A DNA stretch of 64,000 bases from a virus. Lineage: Duplodnaviria > Heunggongvirae > Uroviricota > Caudoviricetes. Both the position numbers and the translations under genes were made by a program. Location of the stretch: positions 1 through 64,000 of the IMG/VR virus record IMGVR_UViG_3300033067_001111. One strand, given 5' to 3'. Shown here one piece after another: positions 17,094 through 26,311 of this stretch. The notes under the pieces are model-generated. The model was not told the DNA's origin, did no database searches, and worked only from the letters and a program-made list of their open reading frames with translations. The stretch's first letter is position 1, and each line of letters begins with the position of its first letter.

Positions 17094-17340
17094 CTTCTTT
17101 CTCCTCTGGTCTCCAACCTTCTGCGTACTTCTTGTTCCAGGCCCAACCACAGTACCTGTGAGCACGTTCTATATCCGAAATGTCTCTGGTCTTGATCGTC
17201 ACCGTAGGAATTAATTCCCACGTTGATAACTTGCCGTCTATGACCTCGGTCTGTACAACTTTGTGCCCAACGCACTTGATGGCCCAACGGTTCCCATCCT
17301 TACACAGGGCGGGAAGGGAACCGTTAGACTTGATGCTCAT
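17083..17340 (-). CDS. hypothetical protein
   Basis: 85-aa ORF, compact operon spacing. Confidence 0.4.
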   Translation of the reverse strand: MSIKSNGSLPALCKDGNRWAIKCVGHKVVQTEVIDGKLSTWELIPTVTIKTRDISDIERAHRYCGWAWNKKYAEGWRPEEKEDGS

Positions 17341-17341
17341 G

Positions 17342-17965
17342 TTAGGCGCCTACGACTTCAACCGTCTGGGCTTTCAACCCACGAAGGGTTGCCAGCTTCT
17401 GACGATAGACAGTAATTGCCTCGTTGAACGCCTCGGTCACGATAGCCTTGTGCTGAACCTTAGACCAGGACCAAGTAGTTCGGGGATAGGGCTTGGATAC
17501 GATTGTGGCGTACTTAGCCCAGATCTCTGCACGCAAGGACTTTGGCAAACTGGCCATAGCCTTGGTCAGAGAAATCTTGCGTCCTACACTTGCACAGAAG
17601 CTGTCGCCGTAGTCGCATGTGCACCGAGCTTCTTCCGTCAACGGCTCAAGGGTAAGCGTCCGCATATGGTCGCTCAACGCCTTTTGGGCAGTTGAGTAAT
17701 CAGCCTGGTTGCCACCATTGGTGGCCAACACCTGCTTGTACAGGGGCTCAACAGAGTCCGGCAGCTTATACAGCTGACAGGTGGAAACGGCGCGGGGTTC
17801 TGTGTCCTGGTATGTTTCCGTAATCTGTTGGCTTAGCTGAGCAACAATGGCCTCATCTGGGTTTTCCTTTGCCATCTCGTCCGTCAACTTCTGTTTCCAC
17901 AGGTCTCCACGGATGTGTCGGAAGGATACACCAATGAGGCCGATACTTGTAGCGATAATCATCAT
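17342..17965 (-). CDS. hypothetical protein
   Basis: 207-aa ORF, no motif. Confidence 0.45.
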   Translation of the reverse strand: MMIIATSIGLIGVSFRHIRGDLWKQKLTDEMAKENPDEAIVAQLSQQITETYQDTEPRAVSTCQLYKLPDSVEPLYKQVLATNGGNQADYSTAQKALSDHMRTLTLEPLTEEARCTCDYGDSFCASVGRKISLTKAMASLPKSLRAEIWAKYATIVSKPYPRTTWSWSKVQHKAIVTEAFNEAITVYRQKLATLRGLKAQTVEVVGA

Positions 17966-17987
17966 TTCTCGTTCCTCACTCTGACCT

Positions 17988-18935
17988 CTATGCTCCTGAC
18001 ACTGGAGCTTCTTCCAGAACAGGGTCAGAATTCATTTTCTGTTCTGAAACACTTGCCAAATGGCGAAGCACTACTGGACGCGGGACATGGTCCCACAACT
18101 CCCAGGCTTCAGCCCCTTGGTAAGAAGCTTTTTTCACATTATTGTGTGCACTCTGACTTTCAGCAGTCAACTGTGCAATGTACTTTGTGTTGTAGGCCAT
18201 TAACACCTGGCCATCCTGAATCCAGCCCAGGAATCCAGCTACGGGCTTGATTTCAGTGATCAAGTCAGTTGCAGACTGCTTACCACTCTGGATAGGAATA
18301 GTTCTGAGCTGATTGTTAAATCCGTGCCTGGCTACAGCCTGATCAACAAACAGTTGGCCGCTAGCAGACAACCCACCCGTGTAGCATACAAGTCGGTGTA
18401 CGTTGTTGTACGCAGGATGTTGCTGGGGATCTGTTACCACAAACCTATGCGTTAGGTATGGATTGAGGTGGTCAAAGTCCACGACGTGCTGTACCAGTGT
18501 AATTTCCTGGCTATTGAAGTTGGGTGGGGACCATACGATCCATTGTGGTTGGCTGTCCACCATAACCCGCCGCACATAGACCTCACGTCCGTGCACATCT
18601 TCCTGAAAATACTGGAAGTAAACGGCTTGTGGTGAATCGTAACCAGCTTGCCACCATTCATCGGCTAGCGGTCTGGGTAACCCCCACACCTTGCCATCAT
18701 CCTTTTGGTCTTCAAGAAGCATACCACCAAGCCAGCGGTGTAGTGGATCCAGTTTGGGGAGGAAATCCACCTTCTTCGTGCCAGTCATACACAGGAAGTT
18801 AGGAAATTTTGGATTGCGGTACAGCACAATCAAATCCTGCCGCCGCAGTTCGGCAATAACCTGCCTATTTATGACGTCTGCTGGTACTTCGTTTGTCAAC
18901 GTTCTTAGCTGTTTGCTCATGATCTTCGTGCTCAA
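17988..18935 (-). CDS. hypothetical protein (contains a KDDGK motif, weak nucleotidyltransferase/ligase-like hint)
   Basis: 315-aa ORF. QKDDGKVWG resembles ligase motif I (KxDG) but the other ligase motifs were not found. Confidence 0.4.
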   Translation of the reverse strand: MSTKIMSKQLRTLTNEVPADVINRQVIAELRRQDLIVLYRNPKFPNFLCMTGTKKVDFLPKLDPLHRWLGGMLLEDQKDDGKVWGLPRPLADEWWQAGYDSPQAVYFQYFQEDVHGREVYVRRVMVDSQPQWIVWSPPNFNSQEITLVQHVVDFDHLNPYLTHRFVVTDPQQHPAYNNVHRLVCYTGGLSASGQLFVDQAVARHGFNNQLRTIPIQSGKQSATDLITEIKPVAGFLGWIQDGQVLMAYNTKYIAQLTAESQSAHNNVKKASYQGAEAWELWDHVPRPVVLRHLASVSEQKMNSDPVLEEAPVSGA

Positions 18936-19479
18936 AATCGTAGTTCTCTGTAATGGTCAGAGCCTGTGTCCAACAATTGGCAATGAACTCTGGTGTGATG
19001 TCCAAGTCCACACCCATCCACGTTGTTGCCAATATGTCTAACTCACGTTCAAGGATTCCAATCTTGAACTGGCCATTAGACCACAGACACGCACGGGTCA
19101 ACCCCGTATCTTCCAGCAACATCCAGTGGAAAACCGGAATGATGCCATGACCCACAACAGCGAACAGATCAGTGTAGGCTATTGAGATCTCTCTCTTTAT
19201 CCAGTTGAAGACCACACCTGTATCCGTAGGATCTGTGCTGAGGCGTTCACGCCCGTTCTTCAACTTAAATCTGATGAGCGCGGCTTGCGCTCGGGCCATA
19301 ATCAAGCCCAAGATGTTTGATAAGCACTCTTCTGGGTACGCCGTAAGTTCCGGATACAACTCTAGAAGATCAGCATACAACCCGTAGGTGTGGCCTGCTG
19401 ACAACCAGTAGTGTGCTTTTTGCCCTATAAGGAGCTCAATATTTTCCTGTGGTGTTTGTTGCATGTGAGGAAACCTCAC
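18865..19479 (-). CDS. hypothetical protein
   Basis: 204-aa ORF. The start may be internal because of overlap with the 17988-18935 ORF. Confidence 0.4.
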   Translation of the reverse strand: MRFPHMQQTPQENIELLIGQKAHYWLSAGHTYGLYADLLELYPELTAYPEECLSNILGLIMARAQAALIRFKLKNGRERLSTDPTDTGVVFNWIKREISIAYTDLFAVVGHGIIPVFHWMLLEDTGLTRACLWSNGQFKIGILERELDILATTWMGVDLDITPEFIANCWTQALTITENYDFEHEDHEQTAKNVDKRSTSRRHK

Positions 19480-20066
19480 TTACTTTTTGTGTACAAGCCG
19501 TACAGCATATCAAGTTCATCCCACAACAGCGGGTGTTCGCCCTCAACCCACAGTTGGTTACGGAACTCAGGATACTCCTCACAGTAAGTACGCCACATAC
19601 TACCAGAGAATCGGGTGCTGTAGGAAAACAACATGTTTGCCAGCCGATCACAGCACTTGACAAAGCGTGAAGCCTTACAGGACCGAAGTTTGGGATACGT
19701 GCGTTCAGTACGTTCCTTACGGTTCTTGCCCAGTTCCTGAGTACAGTTGTAGACGATGTTGGCTACATCCGCAGTATACGGCCAGGGATCTGGTCCGTGC
19801 AATCCAATGACCGTATGCATTAATTCCTGGATGTGCTTTACCAGATCTCTGTATGACAGCGTAGTATCTTCCAACACATCATGATGACAGGCCGCCAAGT
19901 ACAGTACGTACTGTGCGTCGGTGGAAGGAAAATGGATGTTCTGGAAAGTCAAACATATGTCAGCTACCATTTCCAGATGGAAGCTATAGGGTAAGCCTGC
20001 GTACTTCTGCTCTCCATGCAGGGCGCTAGCTGCATACTGAATCCGTTTTGCTATTAACTCGTGCAA
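19476..20066 (-). CDS. HD-domain (p)ppGpp hydrolase-like protein (small alarmone hydrolase / Mesh1-SpoT type)
   Basis: ALHGEQKYAGLPYSFHLEMVADI...AACHHDVLEDT matches the RelA/SpoT HD hydrolase signature HxGQxRxxGxPYxxH...HDxxED. Confidence 0.65.
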   Translation of the reverse strand: MHELIAKRIQYAASALHGEQKYAGLPYSFHLEMVADICLTFQNIHFPSTDAQYVLYLAACHHDVLEDTTLSYRDLVKHIQELMHTVIGLHGPDPWPYTADVANIVYNCTQELGKNRKERTERTYPKLRSCKASRFVKCCDRLANMLFSYSTRFSGSMWRTYCEEYPEFRNQLWVEGEHPLLWDELDMLYGLYTKSK

Positions 20067-20088
20067 AGCTGTTACCTCTCCTTGAGTG

Positions 20089-20164
20089 TGGTGCCCTGAA
20101 CAGGATTCGAACCTGCGACCCTCGGTTTAGAAGACCGATGCTCTATCCTCTGAGCTACCAGGGC
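20089..20164 (-). tRNA. tRNA-Arg (TCT)
   Basis: Canonical cloverleaf: acceptor GCCCTGG/TCAGGGC, anticodon arm TCGGT-CTTCTAA-ACCGA, T loop TTCGAAT, CCA encoded. Confidence 0.85.
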
Positions 20165-20176
20165 AAATTGTGTGGC

Positions 20177-20458
20177 TTACTGGCTGGGTACAGCCAATTG
20201 TTCATTGATCTTCTGGCAAATTTCAAAGGTTGAGGGGTAGGAAGCAACCTTTACCAAGTCCTTGGCATACGCCCAGGCGCTGTTGTGAAACTTAGAACAC
20301 TCAGTACCAATGACATGGGTAATGGGACAAAGGTAAGGAGCTATTAGCCCAAATCTGGTAACCACATACAGTCCAGGGTGCTCACATTTTCTCTGGGCTT
20401 GGGCTAAAAATACTAGGTCACCTGCTTCCAGTACTTGACCATTCTTGTCTAGATTCAT
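20177..20458 (-). CDS. hypothetical protein
   Basis: 93-aa ORF between two tRNAs. Confidence 0.35.
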   Translation of the reverse strand: MNLDKNGQVLEAGDLVFLAQAQRKCEHPGLYVVTRFGLIAPYLCPITHVIGTECSKFHNSAWAYAKDLVKVASYPSTFEICQKINEQLAVPSQ

Positions 20459-20473
20459 GGTGGTGTTTAATCC

Positions 20474-20548
20474 TGGTGGTCCTCAAGGGATTTGAACCCC
20501 TGGCCTTCTTCTTGTAAGGAAGCTACTCTACCGCTGAGTTAGAGGACC
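20474..20548 (-). tRNA. tRNA-Val (TAC)
   Basis: Acceptor GGTCCTC/GAGGACC, anticodon loop CTTACAA, T loop TTCAAAT, CCA encoded. Confidence 0.85.
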
Positions 20549-20551
20549 ACG

Positions 20552-21406
20552 TTAATAGGGGAGATACTGTTGAAAGAGGGTGGAAAACGGCAGATGATTG
20601 GGGGGAGGGGGCAATGAAATACCACCATCAGCCATATACTGGTCGTAGAACTCCACGATCTTATCAGTCCACAACTCTTTTGAGTACGCACGGTAATGAG
20701 TTCCATGCTTTCTGGCCTCAAGTAAGTCATTCCAAGCACGCAACTCCTCAGGATGGATGGTATCACCTACTGGGCCACTGGGAGAGAGTCCTTTGATCTG
20801 TGTTAAGTTAATTGGGAAGTTACCCGCCGAGAACGAGAAGTAACGACACATGACCAGAGCACGAATTGAATGCAACAGGGGTTTGAGTTCCCAGGTGGTA
20901 CTACCTGGCACGTAGCGACCTACATGCTCCTTAACCATGCCCTCAAAACTTTTTGCGTACCGCAGTGCTGGGCACTCTGCTAATCGCAGGCCACAGCTGT
21001 GAAGCAAACCAGGCGCCCAGGGTTTATCACCAAGCTTACCATCACAATCCCATTGGTATCCTGACAGCACTTCTAGGCTGCTTACTTTTTGCAGACTAAA
21101 CTCCCTACAAAATTCTGACCAGTCTTTGCACTCCACACTCAGCTTGGTGTCATCCAGCATTATACCCGCTGTATCCAGCCGGCAGTTTACCACACGTTCG
21201 CGGCTGTTAACAGACAGGTATCCAGACATCGGGTACACGTAAATGGCCTTGACATCATAATCACTATCAGGTCCAACCATACCCCAAGCGCGACTGCCTA
21301 CAAGAGACAGGAACAGAATAGATGCACCAACAGGTAACTGCTCTATCAACGCCTGTTCCAAGTTCTTATACTCTTCAGGCAGCAAGGTTACTGGATTACG
21401 TGTCAT
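20552..21406 (-). CDS. minimal nucleotidyltransferase-fold protein (pol-beta superfamily)
   Basis: LVGSRAWGMVGPDSDYDVKAIYV is a hG[GS]x(9-13)DhD nucleotidyltransferase motif. Confidence 0.5.
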   Translation of the reverse strand: MTRNPVTLLPEEYKNLEQALIEQLPVGASILFLSLVGSRAWGMVGPDSDYDVKAIYVYPMSGYLSVNSRERVVNCRLDTAGIMLDDTKLSVECKDWSEFCREFSLQKVSSLEVLSGYQWDCDGKLGDKPWAPGLLHSCGLRLAECPALRYAKSFEGMVKEHVGRYVPGSTTWELKPLLHSIRALVMCRYFSFSAGNFPINLTQIKGLSPSGPVGDTIHPEELRAWNDLLEARKHGTHYRAYSKELWTDKIVEFYDQYMADGGISLPPPPNHLPFSTLFQQYLPY

Positions 21407-21411
21407 GATAT

Positions 21412-21487
21412 TGGTGGGCCAACTGGGATTTGAACCCAGGGCATCTTTCTTAAGAGGAAAGCGCTCTAACCGCTGAGCTATTGGCCC
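21412..21487 (-). tRNA. tRNA-Lys (CTT)
   Basis: Acceptor GGGCCAA/TTGGCCC, anticodon arm CTTTC-CTCTTAA-GAAAG, T loop TTCAAAT, CCA encoded. Confidence 0.85.
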
Positions 21488-21795
21488 ACTTGGAGGAACG
21501 AAAACGTGTAGGATACATCAGTCCACGACATTAAGAAATCTCGTTGGCTTTTTGATAGAGGAAAACTGGTCTCCACCACAATCTGGCCACTGATGTGATC
21601 TTCTTCCACTGGAACGACACTCACACGTGCAATATACGTACGAATGGGCAGCAGTGCTCTGACACCAGCTCTGAACCACTGGCCTTGATCATCCTTCTGC
21701 CACAGAGGCATCTCGTAAACTGGACACTCTGAGTCCAATCTCGTTGTTGCCAGGTTGTCTAAAGCTCGCTTAATCTGTTTTATCCCGTTTTGCAT
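21478..21795 (-). CDS. hypothetical protein
   Basis: 105-aa ORF. Its 3' end overlaps the tRNA-Lys 5' end by ~10 nt. Confidence 0.35.
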   Translation of the reverse strand: MQNGIKQIKRALDNLATTRLDSECPVYEMPLWQKDDQGQWFRAGVRALLPIRTYIARVSVVPVEEDHISGQIVVETSFPLSKSQRDFLMSWTDVSYTFSFLQVGQ

Positions 21796-22271
21796 TGCAA
21801 TCCTCTCGTGAACGAGTCCAAGGCTTTTGTAGCTGTCACCAGCTCGTTTGTTTGCTCAGTACGTGGCATACCGCACACCGGGCAGTTTGTCCACGCTCTA
21901 ATGTCGTCTACTGACTGCATCCAGTACTCAGCGTTAACCGGATACAGTAAATCCTCTGACACAAACTTTTGACTGCTGCCAACAACTCGCAGTTGCCCAC
22001 CCGTAATAGTAGCGAGCTTCCATCCACCAGGAGCTTTTAGCCATACAATACCCTGAGACATACCCCAGAATCTATGTGGGTACGCCTCCCTGGTATGTAC
22101 TAAAATCTTTTGCAGTTGTTGAACACACCACAAACGTGTTTGATTCTGAAAGAAATTTGGTGCATCCTGTTCCAAGCTCTCAGCATATAACTGCAGCAGG
22201 GGACGCAAGTCTGTTGGTAACTCAGCAAGAAGCTTTTGCACATCAGCAGCTAGCTGTTCAGAAGTATACAT
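21780..22271 (-). CDS. hypothetical protein
   Basis: 163-aa ORF with a CPVCG motif near the C-terminus. Confidence 0.4.
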   Translation of the reverse strand: MYTSEQLAADVQKLLAELPTDLRPLLQLYAESLEQDAPNFFQNQTRLWCVQQLQKILVHTREAYPHRFWGMSQGIVWLKAPGGWKLATITGGQLRVVGSSQKFVSEDLLYPVNAEYWMQSVDDIRAWTNCPVCGMPRTEQTNELVTATKALDSFTRGLQCKTG

Positions 22272-22330
22272 AGGAGTTCAAGGGTGGGTGGTCGCAGACC
22301 ACCCACCCTAAGTGCCGGCGTAGTTCGCTG

Positions 22331-23266
22331 TTATTTGAACGAGATGTCTGTAAATGGGACAGTACGTTCGCCTATCAACGGGGGCTGGCCGTTCCACGCA
22401 GCGATGGCCTTGGCCGTCAACTGCATTCTGCGTAGCTTGACAGCTACGTCCCCCTGCTTAGCTCGAATGCCAGCAATGGCCGCTTCGCGCTCAGCATTGG
22501 TGATCAAGGTTTTGGCCTCAACCTTCGTCCGTTCAAGGAGGACCAGGTCCTTCTCGTACTCGCTGTATCGTTGGATCTTTTCCTGGATTTTGTCGCTGAT
22601 TTCCTTGGGTGGATATACTTCACCCACATACACGTCATCAACAGAGATTCCATATACCGCCAGGATGTCAACCAACTCCTTCTTGATCAACGGCCCAAGA
22701 TTCTTTCGGTCCTTGGCCGTGATATCGAAGATGGATTTAACTCCAGTCACGGAATTCACTGCATGCTGCGTAGCATAACGAATGAAGTTTTGCTGGATAT
22801 CATCCAGCGTCTGTTCACCGAATTCCTGAAAGACCTTTGTCATGTTTGCGGCGTCCACGTGGTAGGCAACCGTAACATCCATGGGTAGCTGAGCCCCTTC
22901 CAACGTCGTAGCGATGATCGCGTCGCTCTTTTCCTTTTCCCCTTCCTTGGTGTTCTGTACGTAACTAGCATTTTTGATACTAGTGGGGTAGATGAACAGT
23001 CGTTCACGGAATCCCACGTACACAACACTTGGCGTCAGGATATTTTCGCTAATGCCACTGCTGGCATTGAACTTGATACCCACACTGGAGGGCGGAATTT
23101 GTGCCATGCACCCTGTGGTAATCCACACAGTGCTCAGCAGAAGACAGAACAGGCCGAGTGCTTTCACTCTTTCGCTCCCAGAGAACTGAGTAGATCGCCA
23201 CTCAGCACCAGCGTTTGTTTCCCGTCGCTGGAGATAGAAGGTAGACGCCCGCCGGCTGCCGCCCAC
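22331..23266 (-). CDS. SPFH/band-7 family membrane protein, paralogue A
   Basis: N-terminal TM segment and sequence similarity to the adjacent paralogue (IPPSSVGIKFNASSGISENILTPSVVYVGF vs IPAGYVGVLYNANSGLEKKIYEPQAVYVGF). The true start is probably internal near 23170 to avoid overlap. Confidence 0.5.
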   Translation of the reverse strand: MGGSRRASTFYLQRRETNAGAEWRSTQFSGSERVKALGLFCLLLSTVWITTGCMAQIPPSSVGIKFNASSGISENILTPSVVYVGFRERLFIYPTSIKNASYVQNTKEGEKEKSDAIIATTLEGAQLPMDVTVAYHVDAANMTKVFQEFGEQTLDDIQQNFIRYATQHAVNSVTGVKSIFDITAKDRKNLGPLIKKELVDILAVYGISVDDVYVGEVYPPKEISDKIQEKIQRYSEYEKDLVLLERTKVEAKTLITNAEREAAIAGIRAKQGDVAVKLRRMQLTAKAIAAWNGQPPLIGERTVPFTDISFK

Positions 23267-24066
23267 TTGTTGATTGCATCCTCTTCCAAGTCAAGTTGCA
23301 TCATTTCAATGCTCTTGCCATCGGTCTGAGCTGCCGTCAATCGTTGGCTTTCGGCCTTCGCCGTTGCCTCAATAATGCCAATTTGCTTTAGGAGCTTGGC
23401 GATTTCTGAGTCAGTTTGGCTAATGGCCAGCAACGTGCTGCTGTTTACCTGGTTAGTGATCTTGGCTGCGGTCGGGCCCTCAGGGTATGCCTGAAGGATC
23501 AGTACGCGTTCAACCGTGATGCCCTTGGGTCCAAGGCGTTTCTGCAACTCAGCGGTCATCGCCCTGCTTGCAGTTTCTCGCTGTGCACCCAACATGGAAA
23601 ACACATCGTACTGGGTACCAACCACCGAACACACTTCTTTGATCGCTCGTCGAATGTGTTGGGACTGGATGTCCTCAATACTGATGGGTCCAAACGTCTT
23701 AAACGCCTGGAACACGTCTTCCTTCTTAATTCGATACAGCACACTCAGATTATAGGTGGTGTTAGCACTATCTGACGTGGTGATCTGGATGCCATCCGCC
23801 GCCTTCTGCTCTCCCTCATCCTGTTCCTGCGTATAGACCGCATTCTGGATTTTTGTGGGATATGTGTACAGTTGCTGGAAGAAACCTACATAAACCGCTT
23901 GGGGTTCGTAGATTTTCTTCTCCAGTCCAGAGTTTGCATTGTACAAAACTCCGACGTAACCCGCTGGAATCCATTGGGTCATTATCAACCGTCCGACATA
24001 AACCAGGAGGGAAAGTACAAGGACAACGAGTAGGCCACCACCGATTCGGTTTTTGGCTCGTGTCAT
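23164..24066 (-). CDS. SPFH/band-7 family membrane protein, paralogue B (HflK/HflC-like)
   Basis: N-terminal TM helix followed by ~250 aa with band-7-like alternating beta/helical pattern. Tandem with paralogue A. Confidence 0.5.
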   Translation of the reverse strand: MTRAKNRIGGGLLVVLVLSLLVYVGRLIMTQWIPAGYVGVLYNANSGLEKKIYEPQAVYVGFFQQLYTYPTKIQNAVYTQEQDEGEQKAADGIQITTSDSANTTYNLSVLYRIKKEDVFQAFKTFGPISIEDIQSQHIRRAIKEVCSVVGTQYDVFSMLGAQRETASRAMTAELQKRLGPKGITVERVLILQAYPEGPTAAKITNQVNSSTLLAISQTDSEIAKLLKQIGIIEATAKAESQRLTAAQTDGKSIEMMQLDLEEDAINKWAAAGGRLPSISSDGKQTLVLSGDLLSSLGAKE

Positions 24067-24076
24067 ATGTAACTCC

Positions 24077-24361
24077 TTACATGATGTTGCCGTTTACCAC
24101 GTCCTCAGGTGTCAGGACTTTGGGCCCTGATGCCGTCTGGACAGTAAACAGTTCAGGATTGGTTTGGATGGCTTCCGCCGCCAACTCCAATCTCTTTCTC
24201 AACTCTTCTGCTTCTTTCTGCTGGTGACCATGCTGCACACCCATGACATAGTAGCGAGTAGCTGTCACAGTAATTATGGCCAAAACCGCCATCAACAGAA
24301 AGAACAAACCTATACGGAAAAGAATCATCTTTTTTTCCTCAAATGTGCGGGATTCTACCAA
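24077..24361 (-). CDS. small membrane protein
   Basis: 94 aa with an N-terminal TM helix. Confidence 0.35.
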   Translation of the reverse strand: MVESRTFEEKKMILFRIGLFFLLMAVLAIITVTATRYYVMGVQHGHQQKEAEELRKRLELAAEAIQTNPELFTVQTASGPKVLTPEDVVNGNIM

Positions 24362-24872
24362 ATGTGTAGGAATCTGCCAAATTGGCTAGCAGCAAAGCAC
24401 ACACAGTATCCCATGCATTTTCCGTACAGGGAAAGGCCAGTTCATAGTCAGGACGTTCAAAGAACAGAGATGTCCACTGCCAAGGCTCGTGCTTGTCGGG
24501 TTCGGGGTTGGTCAAAGCCCCAGGATTGTCTACATGGATAATCACGTACGTAGTCATGTAGAAATCATCACGACCGTCTTTCGTACGATGATAGGTATGG
24601 GTACAAGCCTGTGTCCAATACTTACCAACCAGCCCAGTTTCTTCCAGCAACTCGCGCTCAGCTGCCTGCTGTATGCTCTCACCAAACTTGATTCCACCGC
24701 CAGGCAGACCCCAGCAACCTGCGAGCTCAGGTGGGTGCAAGCGCTTACCTAGCAGGAAATAGACTTTTTCCTTGTCCAGATTATCGCAAACAGCGAAGAT
24801 AGCTACGCCCGGACGAAATGCTTGCTTGCGGGCTGGTGTCCAACCATCAGCATCTGTTTCCTGTTCGTTCAT
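24339..24872 (-). CDS. Nudix hydrolase
   Basis: Nudix box GGGIKFGESIQQAAERELLEETGL. Confidence 0.65.
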   Translation of the reverse strand: MNEQETDADGWTPARKQAFRPGVAIFAVCDNLDKEKVYFLLGKRLHPPELAGCWGLPGGGIKFGESIQQAAERELLEETGLVGKYWTQACTHTYHRTKDGRDDFYMTTYVIIHVDNPGALTNPEPDKHEPWQWTSLFFERPDYELAFPCTENAWDTVCALLLANLADSYTFGRIPHI

Positions 24873-25116
24873 AATAGGCGGGGCTCCAAACTTCTATCCC
24901 ATTCATTGGGGAATTTTCGGCGAATATCTTCGCGCTTTTCCTCACACTCAAACCACTCAATACGCAGTTTGTGCCAGAAAAGAATATGCCAAATACCGTT
25001 GGCTAAATCGCCCTTGCCAATCCACAAACAAATCTGGCCAATGGCCCATGCAGTGAATTCTCTTTCCTTGCACAAGACCAGAAACTGACTTTCTCTCATT
25101 GTTACTTCAAAAGGTT

Positions 25117-25191
25117 TGGAGCTCTTACTCAGAATCGAACTGAAGAATCCGCATTACAAGTGCGGTGTTTTGCCACTAGAACTATAAGAGC
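25117..25191 (-). tRNA. tRNA-Thr (TGT)
   Basis: Acceptor GCTCTTA/TAAGAGC, anticodon arm CCGCA-CTTGTAA-TGCGG, T loop TTCGATT, CCA encoded. Confidence 0.8.
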
Positions 25192-25256
25192 GTGTTACTA
25201 TAGAGGCTTTTGGTAGAAAAGGTATTTGAACTCATAGCACTTGCCTCTATAGTACT

Positions 25257-25871
25257 ATGAACAAATCAAATAGTAATTTTGGCATGTCACGAGCAGAAAG
25301 TGGAAGATTAGGGGGTTTAGCTAGTTTGGAAACTAGGCAGAAGAAAACCCAACTCCTGAAACAGCAGTATGACTTGAATCCTAAAGCTTGTACTCAATGT
25401 GGGAGTAACCTAACCTTTGAGCAGAGGCACAATACTTTTTGCTCAAAATCCTGTGCAGCTAAGCACAACAATCCGATGAAGATAAAGATTCTTACTAACT
25501 TTTGTCTTCATTGTGGAAAACCAATTAAGTCCAAGTACTGTTCTTTGAAATGTCAAGCAGATTATCGTTGGGCAAATAGGAAACAAGAGGTACTTACCAG
25601 TAACAAACCTGTAAATACCAGAACGATTAAGAAACTGTTGTTGGAAGAATTGGGCCATCAATGCCAACAGTGTTTGAACACTGAGTGGAATGGACAACCT
25701 ATTCACCTTGAGCTTGAACATATCAATGGAGATTCAGGGGACAACAACAGAGAAAATATCACACTGCTCTGCCCTAATTGTCACGCACAAACTCCTACGT
25801 ATAAAGCTAAAAATCGTGGGAACGGAAGACATGCTAGACGAGAACGCTACAAGAGTGGTAAAAGTTATTAA
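25257..25871 (+). CDS. HNH homing endonuclease (paralogue family 1)
   Basis: N-terminal Cys cluster (CTQCGS...FCSKSCAAKHNN) shared with the 15266 and 32026 ORFs. HNH core HLELEHINGDSGDNNRENITLLCPNCH. Confidence 0.65.
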   Translation: MNKSNSNFGMSRAESGRLGGLASLETRQKKTQLLKQQYDLNPKACTQCGSNLTFEQRHNTFCSKSCAAKHNNPMKIKILTNFCLHCGKPIKSKYCSLKCQADYRWANRKQEVLTSNKPVNTRTIKKLLLEELGHQCQQCLNTEWNGQPIHLELEHINGDSGDNNRENITLLCPNCHAQTPTYKAKNRGNGRHARRERYKSGKSY

Positions 25872-25901
25872 TTGCAGCGACCGGAGCGCTTGAACCAAAC
25901 G

Positions 25902-26303
25902 TTACAATAGAGGAATTTCAGCGGGATACTCCTTGACTGTAACCCACTTACCACCCTGCCAGGATCTGACCCGAACGCCCCTCAAGTCATCCTCCCGAGC
26001 TTCCCTCATGCTATCCTTTAACAGACGGGGTATTGCTGGTTTCTTGTTCCAGATCCAATACTTATTGGGTAGAACAGCAGTGGCTTCTGCCTCTTCCTGC
26101 GTGTAGTAAAGGTGTAGCCAAACACTGGATCTATCCAGAGGCTCTTCTACCTGGCGGGTGCCACCCCACCATGTACGGCGAACAACAGTCTTGGTGACTA
26201 TATCAGTTCCCATACAAGTCCAATAGCTTTCCTTGTCTGGAAGATCTAACCACGAGGGTTTCTCACTTGTACCTAGCTCTTCGATCAATGAGTCTCTCAT
26301 CAT
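25902..26303 (-). CDS. hypothetical protein
   Basis: ORF trimmed to the internal MMRDSL start so it does not overlap the tRNA at 26312-26383. Confidence 0.35.
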   Translation of the reverse strand: MMRDSLIEELGTSEKPSWLDLPDKESYWTCMGTDIVTKTVVRRTWWGGTRQVEEPLDRSSVWLHLYYTQEEAEATAVLPNKYWIWNKKPAIPRLLKDSMREAREDDLRGVRVRSWQGGKWVTVKEYPAEIPLL

Positions 26304-26311
26304 ACCTCTTT

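Noticed and set aside
16553-17287. 244-aa minus-strand ORF from the ORF track
   Set aside because: Its N-terminal two thirds are Arg/Gln-rich low-complexity sequence. They overlap two out-of-frame small genes with good RBS and coding character (16830-17093 zinc ribbon, 17083-17340). Only the distal part was kept as a possible gene.
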